DNA of 63,494 nucleotides, filler included, from Choristocarpus tenellus KU-1152 (Eukaryota; Protista; Phaeophyceae): assembly GCA_964200185.2 (NCBI GenBank). It is 7 parts of 7 records of this genome, joined end to end, with 100 filler letters (N's around TTAATTAATTAA, not from the genome) between each part and the next. Parts side by side here need not be neighbours in the genome. Positions count along the whole stretch, not along the records: positions 35,049 to 38,061 come from CAXNAD020022938.1; positions 38,162 to 52,742 come from CAXNAD020001158.1; 5 more parts are not named here. One strand, given 5' to 3'. The translations under genes were made by a program, and so were the position numbers. Numbering within the stretch: position 1 is the first letter of the stretch; every line of letters begins with the position of its first letter. Under the pieces are notes generated by a model, which was not told where the DNA came from, did not search any database, and was given only the letters and a program-made list of their open reading frames with translations. This document shows, in pieces, positions 38,037 through 50,300 of the stretch.

Positions 38037-38374
38037 TCTCCTTCTCTCCCCCCCTCCCCTCNNNNNNNNNNNNNNNNNNNNNNNNNNNNNNNNNNNNNNN
38101 NNNNNTTAATTAATTAANNNNNNNNNNNNNNNNNNNNNNNNNNNNNNNNNNNNNNNNNNNNCGCCCCCTCACAAACCACTCCCCCCCCAGATATTTTGAC
38201 CCTCCATCACAACCAATTCTCGTCACCTTCCCAACTTCGAAGTTGAGCCCTTGCACAAACAATCAATCCCATCAATGTTAACTCCTATCCTATTGTTTGT
38301 TTTCTCACCTGACCCCTCCCAACAACTTAAACAACCCCCCCCTACCCCCTTCCGCATTGTGTCTGTTGTTACAG

Positions 38375-41300
38375 GTGGTAGTTGATAACATTCTCAACAC
38401 GTTAACAATCTGCCTAGATGAGCTGGATGATGTATTTCAGCCCATTCTTGACACTGTGCTGATACACCTGCTGCCTGTCACCAAGACAGAAAACCCTAAA
38501 AGCAATATGATTGCTCAGGTAAATACTTCCCCCCCCCTGCCCTGCCCATCCCTCTATCCCTCTGATCCCTCTGAAGTATAAGTATTGCAGCATGTTGGGG
38601 GGAATGTCCAGACCTCAGGTCTATACACCAATTGGCAGTTGATTATGTAGAAAGAGGGAGTAACACTTGTAGATGGTTATATTTTACAGGCAAGGAACCC
38701 AGCAGATAGGAGGGGGAACAGAGTTGGGTTGGCCCTTGATTATACTTGTTTCTCTATTGAGTTCATAAAGAGAATGGTGCCCATTGCCACTTAAAACAAA
38801 AGATGACTAGCACTTTGAAAACTGGAGACACAGGCCTTCATTTTGAAACAAAGACTTACACTGAGTATTATAAAATGCCCATACATCATTGAAAGTCCCT
38901 CGTGTCCCTAAGAAGTTGTGTGGTATGTTGAAATCCTTTGGAAACACCAAAATCATGTTGTTTTACATAAAACCCTGTGGGCAATAGTAGGAGCAATTAT
39001 AGGAGGTTTGAAGAATCCATCCCAAAATAATTCAAAGGTAGAAAAAACTTCCATTCAATTCACATCAATTTGGAGGTGTAATTGTAAGATGTAATACCAA
39101 CAAACATCTCAAGGAATAAATTACGTTTTAAATGATCAATTGTTAAAATAAACAGAAAACAATGAGAGGTTCAGTTGAATTGAATAAGGATAAAAATTCT
39201 TTCGGTGATGTATTTTAATCAAGGACAAAAATTATGTACTTCGAAAATTTATTGAACTACTTTTCTGTTTTAAGGAGCTTGTCTCTTCTTCCAGGTCAAC
39301 TGAATATACTGTTTCGTGCAGAATTGTCTTGCATCTATCCAGTCCCCCCTTCCCTAGTTTCCTAGACATTATATTTATCATTATCCTTCACATTCTATAC
39401 GCTGTGGACAGGTGAAGCATCTTGTCAAGTTCTCAATCCTGCGCCCTGGCCAGTATCAAGGTCTTGATGAATGTTCTCCCCTCCCCTTCCCCCTTCATCC
39501 CTGTCTCCTTTGCAGGCTCTTCTTCGAAACACCTTTTCTCGTGTACTTCAGCCCATCTCACAGTTCATCAACAACATACTCACAGGCATTGGGCCCAGTG
39601 GTGAGTGGGGATGCGAGGAAGGGTATTTACCAGACTTGGTCTACAGTTGCTAATATCTTCCAGTCACTCCATTATTCCCTCTTGCACGATTAGATTTACA
39701 AGATTGTTGTTGAGTAGGAAGCCTCAATGAAAAGACTTTGGAGGCAGCATGAAACACACACTGTTTTGCATTTTCTGTGCCAAAACTCTCACAGGAGGTG
39801 CTTCAGAGTCTGACCTGGCAGAGCATGTGCTTCCCCTCGTCTATGAGCTTCATAAGGTCAAGCCAGGCATGCTTCTCTATGTACTTCCCAATGTTGCCAC
39901 CCAGCTACAGGCAGAAGACCTAGAGGTGCAGAAGTGTAGAAAAACAATGTTGAGAAGAGGGTTGGAAGCTAGTGACCCAACTAACAGGAAGGTATGGGGT
40001 GCGAGAGATGTGGATTAGGGTGGAGTTTGCCAAGGAGTGAGAAGAAAGGGAAAGACTTTGGTTTGTCCTGCCTTTCACATGGGTTTCTTTTTTGCTGTGT
40101 GGTCCATTGCCCAAAGAGTGTGTTTGTAGTACAGTTGAACAGTAGAGACTAGAATGGATTGGTTTTGGATCTATAATAAAAACAACCAACTAGTTAAGAA
40201 CCAACAGGTTAACGAGTGACTCCCAACCCCCCCCTCACCCCCCAACTTATAAGGTTCGGTCCCGGGCCATAACTGCTCTGGGGCGACTTTTTGCATCACA
40301 GTATGCTGACTATGGGGTGGAGTTCCCAAGGAATTGGCGTGATTTCCTGGGGAGATTCAAGGATGTAGAGCCACAGGTGCCTCCAACCTCTACCCACCCA
40401 CTCCTGCTTCTAGCTTAACACACCCACAACTTGATCATTAATCTGCTTAGTGGTGTGACTAGAGGGACGACCATTGCAGCATTGTATGATGGCCTTATTT
40501 CTTTTCCTATGCAGTTCACCAATATATAACAATATGTAGACGAAACTTGTTGACTTTCCCCTTTTCAAGAGTTTTTCGCCACCCTGCTTTCAGGTACCTC
40601 ATTTCCTGCCTCTAGGTACCTTTGTTTGGGTGAGGTGGGGTAGGGGGTTGGAAGAAACTCTCTGTTGAAATTGTGAGTGAGCGACCATAGGTTGACAGTG
40701 ATTTTCAGCACTAAGAGGGTGCAGAGAAATACTCAAGACTTGAGTGTTACAGTAATGCTTGATCCCCACACATCGAAGTTAACCCTCATCCTGTTCTGCA
40801 CATCCTTGAAGATTCGCTCCAGCATGGTCATGATTGGTGTCACCATCTTGGGACGTAAGCCAGCTCTGCGATCTGACCTCCTTGAGGCATTGGGCTTGCG
40901 TCTTCTGGACCCAGAGTGGGAGGTACAAGCCATTATAGATTTTAGATGGTAGATGCACATTGGTTTTTTTCCTTAGTCTGTGTTTGGAGTGCTCCTCTCC
41001 ACTGAGGACATCCAACATAGTGTGCTGATCCTGCAAAGTAAAGGAATTGCAAATTTTACAAGAAAATTATGCTTCAGTGTATCACCTTTTCCATAGCTGT
41101 TAAAAACACGCTACAAAGGATGTTCACATACATGCAGTACATGTTGCCATGCAGAGTTGCCCCTCCCACCCCTTTCCCTCCTTTCCCATTCCCACTGCCC
41201 TGTGATTTGTTGAGTACCGTATCTCATGATTGTCATGTTGAACTGATAACTGGCGTATAGCCTCTATGAAGAACAGGATCTAAATCCTACAACCTTCGTT

Positions 41301-44300
41301 TCACTCCTCACTATTGAAGGTCCGACGAGTGGCAGTACAGGCGTTAGTTGACCTGGCAATGTCAAACCTTGATGCCATGCCAGTGGAGTTTGTCATTGCC
41401 ATTGGAGAGAGGATCAAGGACAAAAAGGTTAGTGGTAGAGTAAAGAGGTACTGCAGTAAAACTAGTTGTCTTGTCTTAGCTCTTATATTAGTTCTTGGAG
41501 CTCAAAACCTGTCCCCAAACCCTGAACCCTCAATATGCCTATCCTTTCTCCTGTGTACATTAGGTACAGGGCATTGCAAGGATAAGAGGAATTTGTGAGA
41601 GGTTTAACCGACCACCCCTACTGCACTCACTTGATGTTTTATGAATATGATGGTGGTGATATTGACAGTGATGTTGATACCAACAGTAACAACAAATAAA
41701 ATAGTGAAAATATAATAACAATAATGGTGACAGTGTGCCACCTTTCAAATCTGGAAACTAACGCTCCAAGTTGATATTTAAAACACCCACTGGCGAGAGA
41801 CTTCAAGAGAGCTACCCTTGTTCTTGTAGAGAGTAGAAATTGCAACATTTTGATGCCAATAGTTGTGGCAGCCTCATGCCTTCATCATCCATATGCCTCT
41901 TGATTTTTTTTCTGTAGTAGATGTTGAATGTGACAAGATTACTACAGAACTGTGCTGACAAGATAAAATCCATCCACATCAATGGGGAAGGGGAGGGGTT
42001 GGGGGGACAGAATGCGCAGGGTGTGAGTTTAGAAGAACACAGCTACGAATTTGAAGCACTGCTAGTAACATCCAGTTGAGTACTATGTACTATTCACGTA
42101 CTTCTAGCCCCTTGAACCACTGTGCAATGAAAATCAAGGATGCAAACAGGTTCTGGAGGAGAAGAGGACCAGGCAACTCAATGCGAATATTGTGTTCTTG
42201 TGCATGTTTCTTGTAGGATTTGAGTTGGTGGATAAGGAGATTTCGTTTGAATGTGCACTCTGTTTTTAGACTTGACTTTGGTGGGTGTTTTTGTGAGTGT
42301 GGAAAATAACATCAGCCTCATCTTTTGTACTACTGCATAGTACAGTACATAGATCATGCTAATAACTGTTCAGATACTAACATTTTGTGCCCATGCGGTG
42401 ACTGCACCTCTTTAACACAACCATTATTTTAGCTTCCCACCATAACACACACCCTTTGAGTCCCCAATTCTTAGTCCCGCCCTGTCTTATTTTCCCCTGC
42501 ATTCAACTCCACCCCCTCCAAACCCCAAGCACCCTATACGCAAGGATGCTGTCACAGGACTCTCCCAGGTATTTGCAAAGCACATCAGCAAGAGATGGGT
42601 GGATACTGTATCTCAGAGTGAAGAGTCTGAAGTGGAGGAAAAGAGAGATGATAATGAGGTCTCTAGCAAGGGCAGAGGGGGGGGAAGCAAAAAGGGAAAG
42701 GGCAAGGATACGAGCGTGGCAAGGATCAGAAAGAAAAGAATGAGACCAGTAGATCAGGTGAGGAGATTAGCCCCTGTTTACCCTCCTTCCTAGAGCTGCC
42801 TCTGTTCCATTTTCCTACGTGATTTCCTTCCAATGTACCATGTCTTTGAACCATCATTCCTTGCTGTTTCCTTACTATCAGTTCTTCAATGTCTCTGACT
42901 TTCTGCCCCCCCCCCAAACATCAGGCATTGGCGTGCCTGTCCATGCTAATGTATTAATAGAATGTTTTCCCTCTTGCCTCTTGTGGTGTTTGTCACACTT
43001 TTGTGTTCCTGTGTATTCTACTGCTATCAACGACAGTCTCATTAACAGTATTCCCAGTACGATATGTTGATTATGTACCATTTGTTTGCCATTACCATGC
43101 CAATCTAGCACAATATAACGTCTATAGTTGTCGGAAGAATCATTTTCACATACCCACTTGCTGAGGAAGGGGATATGTGACCACTTACCGTTACATCCTT
43201 AACAGTCGACGGACATACACACACTACATACCTACAGGACTGTTAACATTGACTGTACTTTCACAGTACTAGAACTAAGTATACTCGCACTGTTTTCAAC
43301 ATGGTACACAGCGATCAATGACAGTGTACCTGTGAAAACCAAACCTACTTCCTTTCCCCCCCCTCCCTACCTCCTGTCAGTGCACCACATTGCCCCCTTC
43401 CCTCTTGCACTATGAAACATGCTTCTAATTTCTACAGGTGTTAGGAATATTTCCTTAAAAGTATCTCAATTTCTCCTCGAATTCTGAAATGATGACTGCC
43501 AGATTAACACATGAAGAATTAGTCAACAACAGATGATCATGGCTTCCATGTAAAGACTCTTCTAGCATGTGCAAAAAATTTCACAATTTCCCCCCCCCCC
43601 TCCCCCTGGGGAGATCTTCGGGCCACTGGATCTATAAAATAGATTACTTGATTCTCAGACTGAATATTGACCTGATTGTAGGGATCAGTCACTGGTACAC
43701 TAAACATTTGTTGATTTTGCTGTGAGGGTTTAAGGCCCACACGACCAACAAGAAGGTATTGTTGACTTCAATAGGACACAAGAGGTCACTTGGATGAGAT
43801 TAATCCCATGTATATCTACTGCAATGTGTAAGATGGTAAGAAACCTTGAAATATTGTTGTAGGTGGTGATCCCTCCGGTCCCTCAAGACCTGGAGGAGAA
43901 GCTTTGCTGGATTCCTGGCGCTGTGGTGAAGGCATGTGCACTTGCTGGTGATCTAGACCTGCGAAAGAGGGTCCTGCAGGTCCTGGATGACCACATAATC
44001 CCCCGTGGTGAGCATCAGGTGCAGGCAGGGTTGGGGCTATGGTATAGGAGTGTTTGCTCTGTTGTAACGACAAAAAGAGAATCCTTAGTTGTCTCTCTGG
44101 TAGTGTTGGCTCCCGTTTCCTATGCTTCCTTCCTTCCTCCCTTACCTTACAATTTCCCACTCCCGTACCCAACTGAATTCGTGATACCTCTCACTCTATT
44201 TCCTACCAAAGTCAATGGCTTGCTCAGCAAGCCTCTTTTGTCACTATGCCCTCTTGTGACTTGATTTGCCCACTCCCCTCCAAACCCCTCTATTTCCCTC

Positions 44301-47300
44301 CCCCTCCCTCCACTGCCTCTGATGTCTGTGACTATAAGACATGAGTGATGAGGGTAGAGCCGCAGGTCTTGCAATACTGCGCCATAGGATGGACACACAT
44401 GCAAGGCAGGGACTGCAATGGATCTTACAGGTTGGTGGGATGGGGCTGTGTTGGAAAAGTATAGTCCGAGGTAGAGATTGAATGGTGTGATTGAGCGAGA
44501 TGTAGTGTGAGTATCTGTTACATTATTAGAGATTGCAATTAGTGGTGTGAATCGTTGTTTTCAGGGCAAAGGGGTAACACAAAAAGTCTAGAAGAGGGCA
44601 ATGACTTTGTAAGGGATGGATTTGAGTGAGGCAGAGGATATCAACTGTGGAAGGGCTGTCGTAGAATCATACACGAAAGCACACTGTAGGCGTTCATGCT
44701 GGTGTGTGTGTACACATATGCGTATGCACATTAATGATGACATTTGATGTAAAGCATAGGTACACAACCGTAATGCCAATTGTCTGGCAGAGGGGAAGGA
44801 AATGAGCACCTTGAGGTTCACAAAAAGTGGAGGTATTTCTCTTTTCATTTTAGCCCCAGTAACAACCCGTGCCCAATTGTGGTTGACTTTCCTGCCTTGT
44901 GTCACAAGGACAAACGCCACATCAGAGGGGATGTGCTAAGGTATTTGGATGCCAGGGACAAGCAGCGTCAGAGTCCTAAGGACAAGGTAACTCTCCCCCT
45001 CAGCTGTGCAACCCTTACCAAAACTGAACCTGTTCACACTCTATGTATATGTATGACTTTTAACACGAGAGGCAGTTAATGTGACATCTTTCCCCTTTCA
45101 GTCCTCTGTTAAAGTGTATACCTTCGCTCCTCTCAAAGATGTAGAGTGCTGTAAGGTAAAGCGGTGAATGGTAGAAAGAGTGTGTCTCAGGTTTGAATTT
45201 ATCTTACCTTCAGGCATAGCCAGTACGTACCAATAATAGCAATTATAACTTCAGTCTTTTGCCTCAGTTGTAACATGTGAAACTTGACTCTGCTGCTGCA
45301 CTCGCTTCCTGGACACATCAGTACCCTCCTCTCTCCCTTCTCAACTTAGGATCTACAAAAGGCAGTGGATGTGTGTCTTACAGTTATCCTCACCAGGGCA
45401 CCCACACCTGACAAGAAGCTATCCCTGCTGCACAGACTTAATGATCACCCAGATAAGAAGGTTAGCCCAAGGCCTATCCCTATCCCCAAACCCAGTCCCC
45501 TTACGAAATGTCCCACACCTCACCTACCTTCTCTCTCAACCTGTAGTGTACCACCGTAGAAATGACTCTGGCATTAATACATGTATCTTGCATGTATCTT
45601 GCATGGCCACCTTCCATGCAACTCTCTTACTCTGACCCCCATAAATTTCTCCACTTGACAAGCATGTTTTTTTGTGTTCCCTCCACCTTAGTGAAAGCCA
45701 TTCCCCATCTAATTGTTTTATCAAGGTGTTTCGACTGTTGCGTGAAGTGTGCTCTGTTGAGGGCAACCCTGCGCTGACAGCGTCGTGCCGAGGGGAGCTG
45801 GTGAAAAAGTTGGGCAGCAAGACACTATTGGGAGAGTATGTCAGGACACTTGCTCGCAGGTAGATAATATGCTGTGTAGTATACGCTGTGTATGTATTGG
45901 GTTCTTTAGGGGGGGAGTACGATTGTCGGGAGAAGTTTTGAGGTTCGAGATGTCTACATCTACGAAAGGATGGAAAGGTGTTTTTGGTGGGTTCAGGGTA
46001 TGCAGCTTCAAATATGGCTAGATGACTGTGAATTCCACCTCTCTGCAACTTCTGAGCGAAAGCAGGGTAGACACTGCTTTCTTCTCCTCACTCAGTGGAT
46101 GGTGTAGCTTTGCGGCAAACTCCTGTAAAGCACCTCAATAATCTTATTGTTATGCTTGTGATCAACAGCTTGTGGAGTGCATGCTTTACTCTGGGCTACG
46201 TTTGTGATAGGGCTTGTAACTATTAATATTGGAGAAGGCATGCACAATTTATTGTGTTCCTTGAACCAACCCTCTTGGTGTGATGCTAAAATGAAATTAC
46301 TTTCTCCTGTATGTTGTAGGTTAACTAAAAGCTGGAGTTTACAAGAGTTGCTACACTGGGTGTAGAGATCCAAAATGAACATACATTTTCCTGTATGTAG
46401 TAGGTTAAGATAAAGCTGGAGTTTGCAAGAGTTGTTTCACCTGGTGTAGCTCCATGATGTTTCATCATGATATCCTCACACTCCATTCCCACCTACATCC
46501 CACAATCCCCATCTTTCTTGACATCCCTCGCTTCCTTTCTCAAGATGGCTCATATTTAATGGAAAAATATGTATGTCTCCCCTACCCCTTGCCAACTAGG
46601 TGCTGTGTGCTGGCAGTGGGGAGCCAAGGACTGCGCTCCTTGATATCTACATTCCAGAAGGGCATAGAGGACCATGATGAGGGGGCCTACCTGCCTCCAC
46701 TGGAACTCCTTGAGACCTGGGCTATTGTATTCCCAGAGCAGATAATGGGTCAGCTTGGTCCCCTCGTCGCAGCCTTCCAATCTGCTCAAGTGAGGGGGGC
46801 AGGCACTCAAGAGGGATTTGTGTGTGGTTTGATTGGTAAAGAACTGTTGATGGTACTTCTTGAGTCTGTGTGGCCTGGTATGTTTATCTGAGTTACTCTT
46901 TTAATTTTTATTGTGTTTTTTAACAGGTGATTTTCTTTAGTCCAGTGCTTGGGAGGTGTTGATGTTTGTCTCCCTTGTAAATCAGCGACCTCTCCTTCAT
47001 CCCTCCTCCATCCCTGCCCCCTTAATTCTCCCATTTTCATGCCATGAAGTGTTGGCGGTCTTCCTGTAATTTTCCATTTTAACCAGAAATATGAAATAAT
47101 GTGTGAGTCTAGAATATTCGCCACACTAGTTGTACAATTGAAGCCAGTCTATTTTTGTTTCCCAGGTCTCCTTTTGACTGTCTTCACAACACCTTGAGTC
47201 ACATTGCTCCTCCTTACTATCTTTTTCTCTTGCTGGGGCCCCTTTTTATTGGTTCACTTTTATTATTGGGTGCTCCTCCCAGCACCCATCACAGCAAAGC

Positions 47301-50300
47301 CCCCACCTTCTTTCCATCCACTAACTCCATCCCACCTGATTTCCCAAACCTTCCACTGCCACATGAATCCAGTCCCCGTATGAATTGAGACATTCCCACA
47401 TGACCAACTCACCGTACAATAATGTCTATTTTCTCATTCTCACACCTGTACACTAGGAGGAAGGTATGGATAAGGAGGTTTTGAGGATCCTCAAGGTGAT
47501 GGCAGCGGCCCGGATGGGTGGAGATTTGCATAGGACTAGGGTACAGGAGAGTGAGGAGGATGAAGAGGAGCATGAGACCAGGACAGAGGAGGAGATCCAA
47601 GGACTAGATAGCTTTCTCAAGGTGTGTTACCTCTAAGTATTACTGGTTTTCAATAGGTGTGGTTGTGTGTTGTCATGGTTTGTTGAATGTAAGGGAAGGG
47701 ATTTTTAGATGATAGGCACTGCTGCTTGTGACCTCTTTGCCTGTACCATGCTTGTTAAGTGGTTTATTGTAGTGCACAATCCTAGTAAGAACCATGGCCC
47801 TTAATCCTTTCCCCTTTGGTCAGGGTCGTATCTACTTTTCCTGCCATGGAGGTACATGAGTACTACTTAAAAACAGTACTCATTGTACAATGGTGGAGTG
47901 TTGTTTGGAGAAACAATCGAGACTGCCACAACATGCGCACCGCAGTCCCACTATGTGAAAACACTTGCTGAATGTGACGCATTATGTGCCCAGCATTTTC
48001 AGTGGTTGACATCAAAAAACACTAAATAGATTGCATTGAAGTAACCACATTGAAATATTCTGGGTGGGATTGCACCCTGCAAGTCATTTGACATATTTTG
48101 GTGATTCTTCAAGATGAGTTATTCTGCTCAACAGCTTCCCATTACTTCTATTTAGGCTATTGACGTTAAGTACAGACCAGCAATGCATCAAAAAGGCTTC
48201 CCTAAAGTACTTCTCCTCTGTATTGCCCCATCCTCCTCCCTACCTCTCCCTTCCTCTCCTCAATCCCAACAACCCCCCAGCATACCAACACTGCCTTTTT
48301 CTCCCCCCTCAACTAAGCGAAGGCCCTTGTGCAGCTCAGCTCACGTGAGGGAACTCCAGGTCAGGCAGAAGAAGCTGTCCATGCCCTTGCTGCCCTCACC
48401 TATCGAGGTAGCCAAAGCGAAAGTCAAAAGCAAGGTTACCGTCACCCTACAGGGTCTGTTGCTGGTCCAGGTAAAGCCACAGTTGTGGCAGCTCAATCTG
48501 CTGCGAAAGTTGCCATTCGCCACCTGGTGTCGTCACGCTCACTGTCAGTAGGGAATCCAAGGCTCCCTGTGTCATTGAGAGCTCTGGCAGCTTTTGCAGC
48601 AGACTTTCCAAGAGAATTTCAACCTCATGAGGCAAAGGCCCGAGCCTTTGCATCAGCCCTGGTTGCAGAGGGTACCGCCTGGGGGGGAGAGGGAGGGGAT
48701 GAGGGTGCTGGAATTGGTCCACCTCCTAAGGGTGAGAATGGTGAAACCAAGGTTGGGGAAAGTGATGATGAGGAGGCGCCAGGGGGACAGGGAGGGAGTA
48801 AGGGCCGTGGAGGGGTTGCAAAGAAGGGGGGAGGTGATGGGAAGAGAGGCAAGGGAAACCAAGGGAGCTCATCTTCACTTGCATGCCAGACAATGTGTGC
48901 CTCATTGGATCTCCTGTGCAATTGCCTGTTGGCACGTGCCATGGCAGGGAAGGGTGCGGGGGGGAAGGGACGGCCAGAGGAGGGAGAGGAGGATCTGCTC
49001 CAAGCAGCTTTCTGGCTGTTGAAGAAGGGTGGGCAAATGGCAGGATCAGAAGGTGTCGTGGGGGTAGCAGCACGGATGGAGAGGGCAATGCTGCGTCTGG
49101 CGGCAGCTCGTTGTGTGACACGATTGTGCATGCATCATACGAAGGGCAAGGTGTGTTGATGTATTGGGCTGTGGCGGGGCAAAGGGGGAGAGGGACGAGG
49201 CCTAACACTTATTTGTGATCATTTGTGTTGCCTGCTTTTGGAACAAGTTCTGATCAAGGTCTGAATCCAAGTATTTCGTGTGCTTTTAAGCTTTATCCAA
49301 TTTGGTTACTTTACTTGGGTTGCCAATGCATTAAGGTATCAGTATTCCTCTACCATCTTCACAATGACATGAGACAACACTCTGGCATGTCATCTCACCT
49401 TGATCCTTCAACCCAACCTTGTCCCCATTCCATGCATCACACCTCCCTATCTGATAATGTAACAAGTGACCCCATTTATGATGACAATTGTCTCCCCAAC
49501 ATATCAACATGGCAGGCGGTGTTAAGCCCCAAGCGTTGGCATGCCCTTGCCTGGACCCTCCTAGATCCGGTGGAATCAGTCAGGACTGACTTTATGAAGG
49601 AAATTTGCCGGGGTCTTGTCACATGTAGCGGATTTGGGGGTGGCACAAGGGGAGGTGGCACTGCAAGTGGTCCTTCCACATTGAGATTCATGGCATTCTT
49701 ATGCTTGGTTGCCACAGAGGTGGGGTCAGGCACATTAGTTTTACTTTTTTTCTGAACATCAGCAATAGTGATGACAATTTCATTTGCACTCAGAGGTGGA
49801 AGAGAGGAAAATTGGGTAACAAGGGGAAGTCGGATCTTGACAAGATTGGATGCCCATGTAAAGCTAGGGGGGAGGGTTCATCACATCTACTGAAGTGCAT
49901 GCAATGTGTGTTTTTCACTGAAGTTTAATTATTAAGTTTCGAGTAGAGATGACAAGGCATGGTGTACCTGGTGTTGTTGAAGAGCAACATTTTCATGGTA
50001 CTGGTTCAGTAGTCAGTAAAGGTTGACTAGTTGGAACGGATGTCTACACCAAGCACTCATAATTTCAAATCCCATTCCCCCCTTCTCCCATCCCAACATA
50101 CTCTATCCACTCTGTGGTGAAGCAGACTGAGGCCCTGCGCAATGAGGCGCGAGCTGCAGTTAAGGCTGCCATATGGCGTCTGCGGCAGGTGCATGAGCAG
50201 GCAGCTACCCGAGTAGCAGCAGCTGCACCCATGGCAAATGAGGCTTCCAGGGGAGAAGAAAAGCTTGCTATTGGAGCGGGGACAGATGCTGTGGCACTTA